From Octopus bimaculoides (Eukaryota), in the NCBI RefSeq assembly GCF_001194135.2, contig NC_068984.1, forward strand, positions 133,965,466 through 134,006,106: 40,641 nt of DNA, given 5' to 3'. Of this stretch, positions 22,568 through 34,800 are shown piece after piece. Position numbers and translations under genes: made by a program. Every line of letters begins with the position of its first letter. Within the stretch, counting starts at the first letter, position 1. A model generated the notes under the pieces. The model saw only the letters and a program-made list of their open reading frames with translations. It did no database searches and was not told where the DNA came from.

Positions 22568-24255
22568 TGGAAATATATATATATATATATATATATATCA
22601 TCATCATCATCGTTTAACGTCTGCCTTCCATGCTAGCATGGGTTGGATGATTTGGCTGGGGACTGGCAAAGCGGATGGCTACACCAGACTCCAATCTGAT
22701 CTGGCAGAGTTTCTACAGCTGGATGCCCTTCCTTACGCCAACCACTCTGAGAGTGTAGTAGGTGCTTTTTACGTGCCACCGGCACAAGGGCCAGTCCGGT
22801 GGTATTGGCAACGGCCATGCTCAAATGGTGTTTTTTATGTGCCACCTGCACAGGAGTCAGCCAATGTTTTGCCTACATGCCACCGGCACAAGTGCCAGTA
22901 AGGCGAAGCTGGAAACGATCGCGCTCAAATGGTGCTTTTTACGTGCCGCCAGCACAGGAGCGAGACCACTGCTCTGGCAGTGATTCTGCTCGGATGGTGC
23001 TGTTAGCGCTCCACTGGCACGGGTGCCAGTCATCAAATTTGGTTCAGAAGGCACATGGCTTAGTGATTAGGACATTCAGCTTGTGATCATAGGGTCATGA
23101 GTTCGATTCCCAGTGGCGTGTTGTGTTCTTGAGCAAGACACTTTATTTCACGTTATTCCAGTCCATTCATCTGGCAAAAGTGAATTGTACCTGTATTTCA
23201 AAGGGTCAGCTTTGTCACACTTTGTGTCATGCTGAATCTCCCTGATGCGAAGGGGTACACATGTCTGTGGAGTGCTCAGTGTTTGGAACAATGTGGCGGA
23301 GAATGACAAGAGCATGAGTGGAATGGAACAAATGATGTGGCCAGTAGAGCTGACTTGGCACCAGACAGTCTGGCTGATCCAAGTGATCCAAAAGACATTG
23401 AGATCGAATTTGGAACCATACAGTTGTGAAACAAACATTCTAACCACACGTCTCTGCCTGTACACATACATACACATAATCACACACACAATGTATGTGT
23501 ATGCTTGTGATAGGTAATGTATGAAATTCATGTGAATATTAGGAATATACCCGATTACAAGTAAGGGGCATGTTACCTGGGTACTGGAATCAAAGTGCTC
23601 ACTTTCACCACCAGTGACAGTGTTAGCCGCAGAAGTCTCCCCCATAACATGGCTTAACACAGATGAACGACCTGATAGCTTTTGTGGATCTTCCAGAAGC
23701 TTCTCAAGTTGTTTCACTTTCTAGAATCAAAAGAGAAGAAAGTAAAGCTTACAGTTTATACAATCAAACACACACTGTTTTGCTTAGGCATAACAATACA
23801 AGTAACTTGGTTATAGAACTCAATATACATATGCTTCAGAATAAAGCGTTAAATGGGTACAGAGCATAATATGGAATGAAATAAATGACAAAGGAGCAAA
23901 GAATTTCTGCAACGCATAAATAAATTCTTTGTTTCTTGTTATTTATTTAATTTCATTCATTCATATATATATACATAAATATATATATATATATATATAT
24001 ATTAAAGGCATTACTATACATAGATGACTCATGCTAGGAGGGACTCTTAAAGTCAAAACTACCATAATGTTTATTATGGTAGTTTTGACTTTAAGAGTAC
24101 CTCCTAGCGTGAGGCATCTATGTATAGTAATGCCCTTAATATAAATAAATATATTTATAGGGAATAATTAATAAATGTTTCCCTTACGAGGTTTTTTTCA
24201 CGCTAACTACTTGATAAATTCTTATAAAGACTTTATCCAATATTTAAATTGTATG

Positions 24256-24298
<43 letters not shown>

Positions 24299-24308
24299 NN
24301 NNNNNNNN

Positions 24309-24368
<60 letters not shown>

Positions 24369-27300
24369 TACACATATATTTACACACACACACATATACA
24401 TTTATATTAACATATATATATGCATATATACATACATATATCTATACACACACATACATATGTATATGCATATATACATACATATATATACACACACACA
24501 TATGTGTGTGTGTGTGAGTGAATTGTTAATAACAGCTGGCTGAGTTCCTCATGACAAGTTCTGTGGGCGAAGAAGAAATCCATTTAACAAATTTGTTGAA
24601 ATTAGGAGAGCAAAAGGGTATGAGTGAGTTATTAGAAAAACAAGAGTCTAGAAATGTGATAGCAAGAGAGTAAGAAGCCAAGAGTTGAGACAATCACTTA
24701 CTTGGATTTCATTTTCATATTTCATTTTCAGAAGCTGCAGTTCAAGCATGTAATGTTCCTTCTGTTGTTCCAGTTTACCTACTTTTTGTTGGAAAGTTTG
24801 CAACTGAAAAATATGTCAGCATAGAATATAGTGATCACAGTGGATTTACATTTAGAATACAAAATTTAGATGCTGGCATGGCTGTGTAGTTAAGGAGTTT
24901 GCTAGCCAACTACATGATCTGGGGTCATTTCACGTGTGTGGCACCCTGGGAAAGTGTCTGCTAAATGATTATGATGATACACATAAACATACACAACAGA
25001 CTTTAGGTTTCTTATTTCTTTATTGCCCACAAGGGGCTAAACACAGAGGGGACAAACAAGGACAGACAAAGGGATTAAGTCGATTACATCGACCCCAGTG
25101 CGTAACTGGTACTTAATTTATTGACCCTGAAAGGATGAAAGGCAAAGTCGACCTCGGAGGAATTTGAACTCAGAACGTAATGGCAGACGAAATACCTCTA
25201 AGCATTTCGCCCAGCGTGCTAACGTTTCTGCCAGCTCGCCCCCTTTAGGTTTCTCTCTGTCAGTCCACTTTCCCAAGTGCCACATAGTTGGAAAGCAAAC
25301 TTCTTGCCATATGCAGCCATGCACGCACACAGTAGCATAACTGGGGGGTGGGGAGGGGCAGTACCCCGGGCGTGCGCTGATTGAAGTGGGTCGCAGAATT
25401 GACCATAATACAATAAGCTTGAACTTCATCTATAAAATTGCAATGGATCTCCAGTTTATTGTTTTATGCTGTTATTGAAAGTAAATGCAATATGATGGCT
25501 GTCTACATTCATGTCTGGACATTTTTACAAAGGGTGTCAAAAAAAGGCTTGAGGCTCAATTGAGTGAAACCCGCATATTTTCACCTTGCCTACTACACAT
25601 ACTGCACAACTAAAGGTATAAAATTAAGTGTGGTGGTATATATTCTATGTTAAATTTACTTAACTGTTGTTTATTCATTTAACTGTTAACCATTCTTTGT
25701 GATTCTACAAATAGTTCATTTTTATCAATGAAAATCGATTTTCCATTTCTGGTCTACATACTGTACACCAACTTCTGGTGTACATATCAATGGTTTGTTA
25801 TGCTATCAATAAAGACTTCGACTTCCTGCCCCGAGCAGATGTGTGACCGCTTTTTTGTGCACTTTGTTTGCAGAAAATAAAGAAATAACTAATTACGTCA
25901 GTGAATAATAAATATTAAGTAAATTGCCTCTACATATTTATCACTACCAGTTACAAGCCCGACATCACAAAATGCGTCTGAATAAACATTGCCGGACAGC
26001 AAATAGAGACTCGGACATTGCTTAGCAAATATTTTTCATTTTTAACCTTGTATATAGTACGCACTAAGGATTTTAAATTTTGGGAAAAAAATGTGGATTA
26101 TACTCGAGGATTTACGGTATTTGATAATTAGCAGAAAACCACCCAGAGGGTGGTGTTTCTGCTTATATATATATAATAGTTGTAAATAGTCTATATAAAC
26201 TAAAGACAAATTCTTTTATTATTCACCTGTTTCAAAAGACTTTCTTTACTTTCTGTTGAACTGAGAAGCATCTTTCTGTTTTGTATGGCCATTCTATGGG
26301 GGACACTTTCAGGTTGAGCCTGGAAATAGAAATATATTTTGTCAATAACAATAAACATAATGAAGAAACAAGATCTTAGCCTCAAAACATTAATGGTTTT
26401 AAGGGTTTAGTCATCACCAGCATCATCATTTTAACATCCACGTTTTTTATTCTTGCATGGGCTGGACAGAATTTGTCGGAGCACATTCTCTAGAGCCCTT
26501 CTTGTTGATGCCCTTCAGATGCCCTTCTTGTTGTCAACCTTTACCTGTTTCCAAGCAAAGTAATATTTTCCATGGCCTGATATGTTTTCCACAGAAGACT
26601 GGATATGAATAACATCACTTTTAAAATATCAAGTAATAGGTGTAAGTATGGCTGTATGGTTAAGAAGCTTGCTTCCCAATCATATGGTTCCAGATTCAGT
26701 TCCACTGTGTAACACCTTGGGCAAGTGTCTTCTAATATAGTCTTGGGCTGACCAAAGCCTTTGTGAGTGGATTTGGTAAACAGAAAGAAGCCTGTCATAT
26801 ATATATGTGTGTGTGTATGTCCCTTTGTGTCAGTGTTTGTACTCCACCACTGCTTGACAACTGATGTTGGTTTGTTTACATCCCTGTAAATTAGTGGTTT
26901 GGCAAAGGGAGACCAATAGAATAAGTACCAGGCTTAAAAAAAAATAAGTACTGGGGTCAATTCATTCAACTAAACGTTCTTCAAGGCAGTGCCCCAGCAT
27001 GGCTGCAGTCATCATCATTTCATGTCCGCTTTCCTTGCTGGCATGGGTTGGACAGTTTGACTGAGGACTGGCAAGCCAGGAGGCAGCACCAGACTCCAGT
27101 CTGATCTGGCAAGGTTTCTACAGCTGGATGCCCTTCCTAACACCAACCCAGGCAGCAATGGCAATGACCTTGGTTGAATGATGCTTTTTACGTGCCACCG
27201 GTATAGGAGCCAGTCAGGTGGCACTAGCAATGACCATGCTTGAATGGTGCTTTTTACGTGTCACTGGCACAGGACCAGTCAGAATGCACTGGCATCGACC

Positions 27301-28816
27301 ATGCTCATATAGTGCTTTTTATGTGCCACCAGCACGGGACCCAGTCAGGCAGTACTGGCATTGGCCATGACAATGATTTCACTTGACTCAACAGGTCTTC
27401 TCAAGCACAGCATAATCCCCAATGATTGAAGGGTACTCTTAAATGGGCTGGTTATGCGACACTAGTATAGGCCATGGCTACGGTCACACTTGGCTTGCCG
27501 GGTCCCATAACTAAAACAAATAAAAGAAAAAAAAGATGATACTTACACTTTGTATACTCTCTAGGTATTTAACAGCTCGCTCACGGTACAAGGCCACAAT
27601 TGGGTTTGTGTGATCCTCTTGGTGTTGGGTTGTATCACCAGTGCTGCTGCCTCTCAGGCGATAGTTTACTCGTTGGGTAAGGAAGTCTTGGTTTCCAGAT
27701 AAAAACGCTGACAACTAAGTAGAAAAGTAATCAATTTAAAAGGTGACAGGTGTGTGTGTGTGTGTGTGTATAGGATACCTAAAGATATGTGAAAGTAATG
27801 AGTATATAATAGTGAGAGATGTATGACAATTTGGTGTATGACAGTAAAAGGTAGTAAAAGTGAGTATATGACAGTGAGAGATGTATGACAGTGAAAGGGG
27901 TCTGAACATGAGCAGTGTATGACAACAAAAGGTACGTAAAAGTGAGGTGTGTACAGCTACGAGAGGTGTATGACAGTGAGGGGTGATGTGAATGAGACAA
28001 TGTGATAGTAACAATGTGTTTTCCATCTTAGTGCCAGAGAAACACGGTATCTAGTATCCATTGTCCCTGTACATGTAGCTAGAGTTATTCAGTTATTTAC
28101 TATCTCAAAACATATTACAACTGTCTAACCACTGAAGTAGTTGTATGCTGTCAACTTAATGTGACAGTCCCCTGAAGGGAACAATACTACTGTTGGTTAG
28201 ACCTAGGAAGCTGCACCGCTTCCTGTCAGCCTTGACACATTTCCTGTGTCCTTATGTGTCAAGGCCGACAGGAAGTGGTGCAGCTTCCTAGGTCTAACCA
28301 ACAGTAGTATTATTCCCTTCAGGGGACTGTCACATTAAGTTGACAGCATACAACTACTTCATCGTATCACTACTGCATAAATCTCTCTGAGAGATGTAGA
28401 AATGTATTATTTCTATATTTAACCACTGTTATGTGTGCATGATATATAGAACACAACAAATTAGCCAATGTACGGTCAGAATATATGTTATAACAACTGT
28501 CTAACAACTGTGTAACTACACATTGTCATATGTTTGTTTATATACTGTTAGGGAACCTGTTATGGTTACAAGAACTAATCAGTTACTTACTTTGCCTGTG
28601 GATGTGACGAGAGAGACTAGTGATGAAACAATACACTCATCAGAAGTCTTCAGAGACTGTGAAGCTGTTGGAAGTTGATGTTCCATAGATATCTTGGAAT
28701 TAAAGTGTTTGGAAACATCTGGAAGTTAAAAGAACACAACAAATGCCAAGGTTATTTGCTATCTTCACTCCATCTTCAGATGAAAAAGAAAAACAAAAAG
28801 GTGATTCTACATTTGA

Positions 28817-28857
<41 letters not shown>

Positions 28858-31800
28858 CAAACACACATATATATACATACGATGGGCTTCTTTCAGTTTC
28901 CTTATTTCTTTATTGCCCACAATGGGCTAAACATAGAGGGGACAAACAAGGACAGACAAAGGGATTAAGTCGATTACAGCGACCCCAGTGCGTAACTGGT
29001 ACTTAATTTGTCGACCTCGGCGGAATTTGAACTCGTAGTGGCAGACGAAATACCGCTAAGCACTTCGCCCGGCATGCTAACGTTTCTGCCAGCTCGCCGG
29101 CTTCTTTCAGTTTCCGTCCACCAAATCTACTCACAAGGCTTTGGTCAGCCCAAGGCTATAGTGGAAGACACTTGCCCAAGGTGCCACACAGTGGGACTGA
29201 ACCTGGAACCATGTGGTTGGTAAGCAAGCTACTTACCACACAATCACTCCTATGTATACACATGTATGAATATGTATGTGTGTGTTACTATCATCCTGTC
29301 TTGACATTGCATGATAGTTGTAAATGAGTGCTACTGTCATATAAGGGGTGCCCTTTGCTTCAGGTCACAGGGGAATATTACCTTACTTGCAGACAGGTGA
29401 GAGTTTGAGCCAGGAAGGGTATCTGGCCACAGAAAAACCCCACTCAACAAATTCCATTCCACCCAAGTAAGCATGGAAAAGTCGTCGTCATCGTCGTCGT
29501 TTAACGTTCGCTTTCCATGCTAGCATGGGTTGGACGATTTGACTGAGGACTGGTGAAACCGGATGGCAACACCAGGCTCCAATCCAATTTGGCAGAGTTT
29601 CTACAGCTGGATGCCCTTCCTAACGCCAACCACTCAGAGAGTGTAGTGGGTGCTTTTACGTGTCACCCGCACGAAAACGGCCACGCTCGAAATGGTGTCT
29701 TTTATGTGCCACCCGCAAAAGAAAAGTGGACATTAAAACAATGATGATGATGATGCTGATGATGATGCTGGCACTTACCTTTGATAGCTTCATGTAAGTA
29801 AGTTACTGATGTGGTTAGTTCTGAAAAGAACCTTTTGTGGTTTCTCTTACAATGGGAATAGGATTTATGACCTGGAAAGGGAAAAAAAAGGAGAAAAAAA
29901 AAAGATTAAAAGTGTGTGTGTATATGAGTGAGAGTGTGTGTGTATGAGTGAATGTGTGTATGAGTGAGAGTGTATGTATGAGTGAGTGTGTGTATGAGTG
30001 AGAGTGTGTGTATGTATGAGTGAGAGTATATGTATGAGTGAAAGTGTGTGTATGAGTGAGTGTGTGTGTATGAGTGAAAGTGTGTGTGTATGAGTGAGAG
30101 TGTGTGTGTGTGAGTGAGAGCGTGTATGTATGAGTGAGTGTGTATGAATGAATGTTACACAAGAAATCACTTCTATTATCAGTTTATGAATATTTCATAT
30201 TAATCTGGAAGATTCCAATTGCTAAATATATTAATCTGTGGTTCCAATATATCCCTTAGCACCCAAAGAAAGTATCAGACGGTAGCGTTTACTGCTTAGA
30301 CCGAAGTCATCCCTGATAGAACAGACCTATAATTAAAAGTATTCCAGACATGCCCATCTCCTCTCACTGTATACTCACAACTACACATTGTTCAATGTGA
30401 GTTGAAAGGAATTTGGCTGCTATTTCTAGCGGCTCCCATGTTGGTTAGTGAAGTAAGGATTATCCATGTTAATGTTATGTAAAAGTTAAAACCCATTACT
30501 TACTCTGAGCTCCCAATATATTGATATAAGTATCAAGTCTGTTTATCACAGCATTTAGTTTCTGGTAAGACTGACTTAAGTCTTTGTTTTTAGCTTCTAA
30601 CATCGAAGTACATGTTGACAGGGCACATTCTTGGTGAAGACTGCAAAAATCAGAGAAGAAAATACATTTAGAAATATAAATAGTGTATAAATAACATATA
30701 TACTCTTTTACTTGTTTCAGTCATTTGACTGCGGCCATGCTGGACCACCGCCTTTAGTCGAGCAAATCGACCCCAGGACTTATTCTTTGGATGCCTAGTA
30801 CTTATTCTATCGGTCTCTTTTGCAGAACAGCTAAGTTACGGGGACGTAAACACACCACCATCGGTTGTCAAGCGATGTTGGGGGGACAAACATCGAAGAC
30901 TGTGTGAGAGGATGGTTAAACAGAACCCTTGATTCAATAACACTGTGTATAAACTCTGTATTTGGAATGACCAATTTCAAAGACTGTTGGATTTTACTCA
31001 TAGGGTATTGGAATCTTAATAATGGATTTACAAATGCAATGACCAATCTTAAAGACTGTTGGATTTTACTCACAAGGTATTGGAATCTTATATGTATACC
31101 ATTCTGCCTAAACATTGGATTTACAAATACAATATCCTTGCATTCACTCTCTATCTCCTATCTTATCTAAACTAACTATTGCTTAACCATCCTCTCACAC
31201 CGTCTCCGATGAAGGGATATAATAAATATCCTGGAAACAGTTGTAAGACCTTCTATTTATAAATGTTCTATAATGCACACAGCCTTGGTTTTTTTTATCT
31301 CATTACGAAAAATAAATCCTTATATATACATATATATCATCATTTAACATCCATTTTTCCATGCTTCCGTAGGTCAGATGAAATTTGTTGGGGCAGATTT
31401 TCTACAGCAGGATGCCCTTCCTGTTGCCAATCTTTACCTGTTTCTAAACACAGTAGTATTTACTCATGGCCAGGCATGTTTTTCAGAGGAAATGGAAACA
31501 AACAACCAAAGAAAAATGAAGAAAACATAAGCAATCAATGCCACTCAGTATTTCTTACCTTTCTTGTTGGTATGGTAGCAGTTTATTCAAATAAGCAGCA
31601 GCTAAGTGGAATGCTTTGGCAAAAGGCTGTAGGCCAACAGCAGTTTCCTGCAAAAGTACAAGAAAAGTGTTTTGCTAACAGGTCTTTTTTAAATATTTGA
31701 AATTATTTATTTTTATTTTTCAATAAACATATTTTAAAAAAAAAATCAGTTTATGGAGCACTTATTTTATACTCCCACACACATACATGCATATCTATAC

Positions 31801-34800
31801 CATCTGTTCCCTTAAGAATCTTTCAATAGCCCCATCCACTTCTATTTACCTTGTATTTTGTGGGGACCACCTGGGCATCTCATCTCCTATCTATCTCTTT
31901 GCAGCTCCTACTGATCATTCTCTGCCTCCCATACTAAGTGTGTTCTGCCCTTCCACCTTCTCTTATACTCTAATCCTTCATCCCAGAGTATAAAACCGAC
32001 CCCTTCTTCCTTGGGGTTTGTAGTCTTGCAAGATACATGACAACCTCAATAGCGCTAGTGGCAAGATAAAAGCACCCAGTGCATACTGTAAAGTGGTTGG
32101 CATTAGGAAGAGTATCCAGCCATAGAAACTATGCCAAAGTAGACACTGGAGTGTGATGCAGTCCTTGGACCCATTAGATCCTGTTAATCCATCCAAATGA
32201 TGATGATAATTGATGTTTGCTTTTATGTCAAATTGAATAAAAAACCAATTTAACATTAAACTGAAGGACTACTCAATACTTTAAAGTACATATTTATTAA
32301 ACCTTAATAAGAAGAGGAGTGACAGTAGCTTCAAAGTTTTGGTCAGTTAGTCTTCTTTATATAATAGTAACAGCAGCAGTAGTAATGATAATAATAATAA
32401 TACTGATTTCAAATTTTGGCACAAGGCCAGCAATTTCGGGGGAGGGGGTAAGTTGATTACATTGGCCCCATTGTTCAACTGGTACTTATTTTATCAACTC
32501 CGAAAGGATGAAAGGCAAAGTCAGCCTCAGTGGAATTCGAACCCGGAACTGGAAGATGGACAAAATGCCTGGTGTGATAACAATTCTGCCATGGTAGAAA
32601 TGATAATAATAATAACATTGATAAAGAACTGAAAGACTTTTGGCAATTAGTTTAGACATTTCTCATAAGTTTCTGGATTCAATATAAGAGACATGAAACT
32701 TTGTTTTTATAGGATAAAGTCTATTAGAAATTATGATATCAGCTCTTTACCAAAGATTTTCCCAATATAAGTGAAATTGTCCTAATTAGTAACTAAAACT
32801 AGGCTTGAGAAAGAGGAAGACAGTTGAAGAATGAAGAGAATAGATTTCCTTTTCACTTACCAATGTTGTAAAACAATTTTCTCCAACCTCTTCATTGAAT
32901 TCTTTTAGAGTTTTCTCCAGTTTTTTAAAATATGGAGCACTTTCAAACAGAAAGTGAGCATACTAGAAAGAAAGAAAGATGAGTTTCAATAACTGAAAGA
33001 GAATTATATTTGCAAAATGTTTTATAGATAAAACATGGACTAAAACTATCACACCAGTGGTAGGTTATGTATGAAATAGACTGGGTTATCTTCAAAGTAG
33101 AAATGAAATCTCTTTCTGAACTAAAATAAGCAAAAAAATTTATTTCATTTTCAAAAACGTATTTGGTTTAGATCACTGGTTCCATCTATAGTGATGTAAC
33201 TATAAGAATTTCTACAACTTTTATGCATTTTATCTCTCTCAAAGCTATTTGAAATCACAAGAGTAAGCCAATAAGTTAAAAATTTGCTTGTAAATAGTCT
33301 GTATTGTCATCACTTAGCTTACATTTACAGGTACAACACTGATCTTTTGAACACTGGTGGTCTAGAACCTCTTATAATCTGCACTAATTTAATGAATGTA
33401 CAGGTACTTGTATTTCATTTAATCATTTAATTAAATTTAATATTTGTTTAATTTAGAGTATGTTGACCAAAGTGACCTCTTGGTTCAGAAAAATCAGTAA
33501 TTTGGCAAGGTCTTGGAACCAAAGGTATCAAGAAATCAATATTAGATAAACAAAAGAATATATATAGTTAAGTACCTTGCTTAAGGCCACAATTATGTGT
33601 ATGTGAAGTGAAATGAATACATAATGACTCTATGAAGTTTATACAACTACAAGAGTGTTAAATCATTTTTATGAGCTGGCCCTCTGAATTTTTTTCAAAA
33701 GTGCCATTTAAAAAAAGTATTTCATGTACATTTTTCACATATAGAAGCAGATATACATACATTTTATATCTGAGTACTTTTACCACTATCAACTACATAA
33801 ACATAAAATATCAGGGAATTTTGCTGGGAGCCTGGAAAATAGTTTTGTGTATTTTTGCAAGAACAGAAATGTTTAAACAATAGAAACAAAGGAATATTTC
33901 AAATGTTTCATCTACTTTACCATTTAATTCTCAAATCTAGGGTTTTCAAGATGCAATAATTGGTCTGCATACAAGCTAGTTGCTCTAATGTTTAAATAAG
34001 AAGCAGCTGGCAGAAACTGCTAAGGTACCATTGCATTGAGGCAGTGGCAGGGATCTGTAAGGTAAGAGCTACCAAAAGCCAACAGCATTCTGCCAGGGTG
34101 AAGAGCTCTGAGGGTCTAAAAAAGTGTGCTCTTCATTATAGCATATACTTGGAGTAGTCATTTGCTTCGATGAATTTATTTCTTGTATAATTTTGATTTC
34201 TGCCATGGCAGTAGTAAGGAAATATTCACTACAAGATATTGGTTACGTGAATAAATATTGCTTACTATTGGCAAACAATTTTCATTCAAAAGAAAGCATC
34301 AGAATTTTGTGGCACAGTTTTCAAAAAGCAAAAAATATGTAGGCATACCATTAAAAGAAGCAATAAATCAAATCTGTGGATGTGAGTTCACACCAAGAAT
34401 GTGGCTTTCTTTTATCATATTTATCATAAGCGATTAGCCACAACAAGTTTGCTTGATCAAGGTTGAACAAGAACTAAACATTTGTTTAATAAGAAAATAT
34501 GTATCCCAAATAGCAAATGGAAATATAACTAACTGAGTGGTGGATCTTGTGGCAACTTAATTGCTTAACCCTTCTTTTCCTAGAGTTCGAGATGAATTGT
34601 GAGCTGAATTCTATCTTCATTCAGTACAAATAAGCTTGTAATATATTCAATGAAAATTCTCCAGTCAGAGTGACACAGCTTATTCAAATCATTTGAAAAG
34701 ATGAAAAGATTTATCTAACCTTTTTATTGATAACTGAAAGTGGGTGATCATGTGACTCCATTGTAGATATACTGTGAGCTCGTTGTTCTGAATAAGAGCA

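Larger units (their letters stand above)
1364..24308. other. Assembly gaps at 1364-1373, 2371-2612, 7605-8054, 8620-8681, 13438-13451 and 24299-24308
   Basis: N runs, most abutting (TA)n or (TATG)n microsatellites; they create the X-filled spurious ORFs. Confidence 0.98.

Noticed and set aside
23148-23576. 189-aa ORF extension beyond the 23577 donor
   Set aside because: It continues into microsatellite and SINE sequence; only 23577-23720 is exonic.
33755-33831. Possible poison exon starting after ttttccag
   Set aside because: Short pyrimidine tract and an immediate stop; indistinguishable from chance splice-like signals.
34029-34115. 87-nt in-frame candidate cassette exon (TLRALHPGRM...)
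   Set aside because: Weak donor (ATG|gtacct), and the flanking exons already align to the recalled homologue without an insertion.
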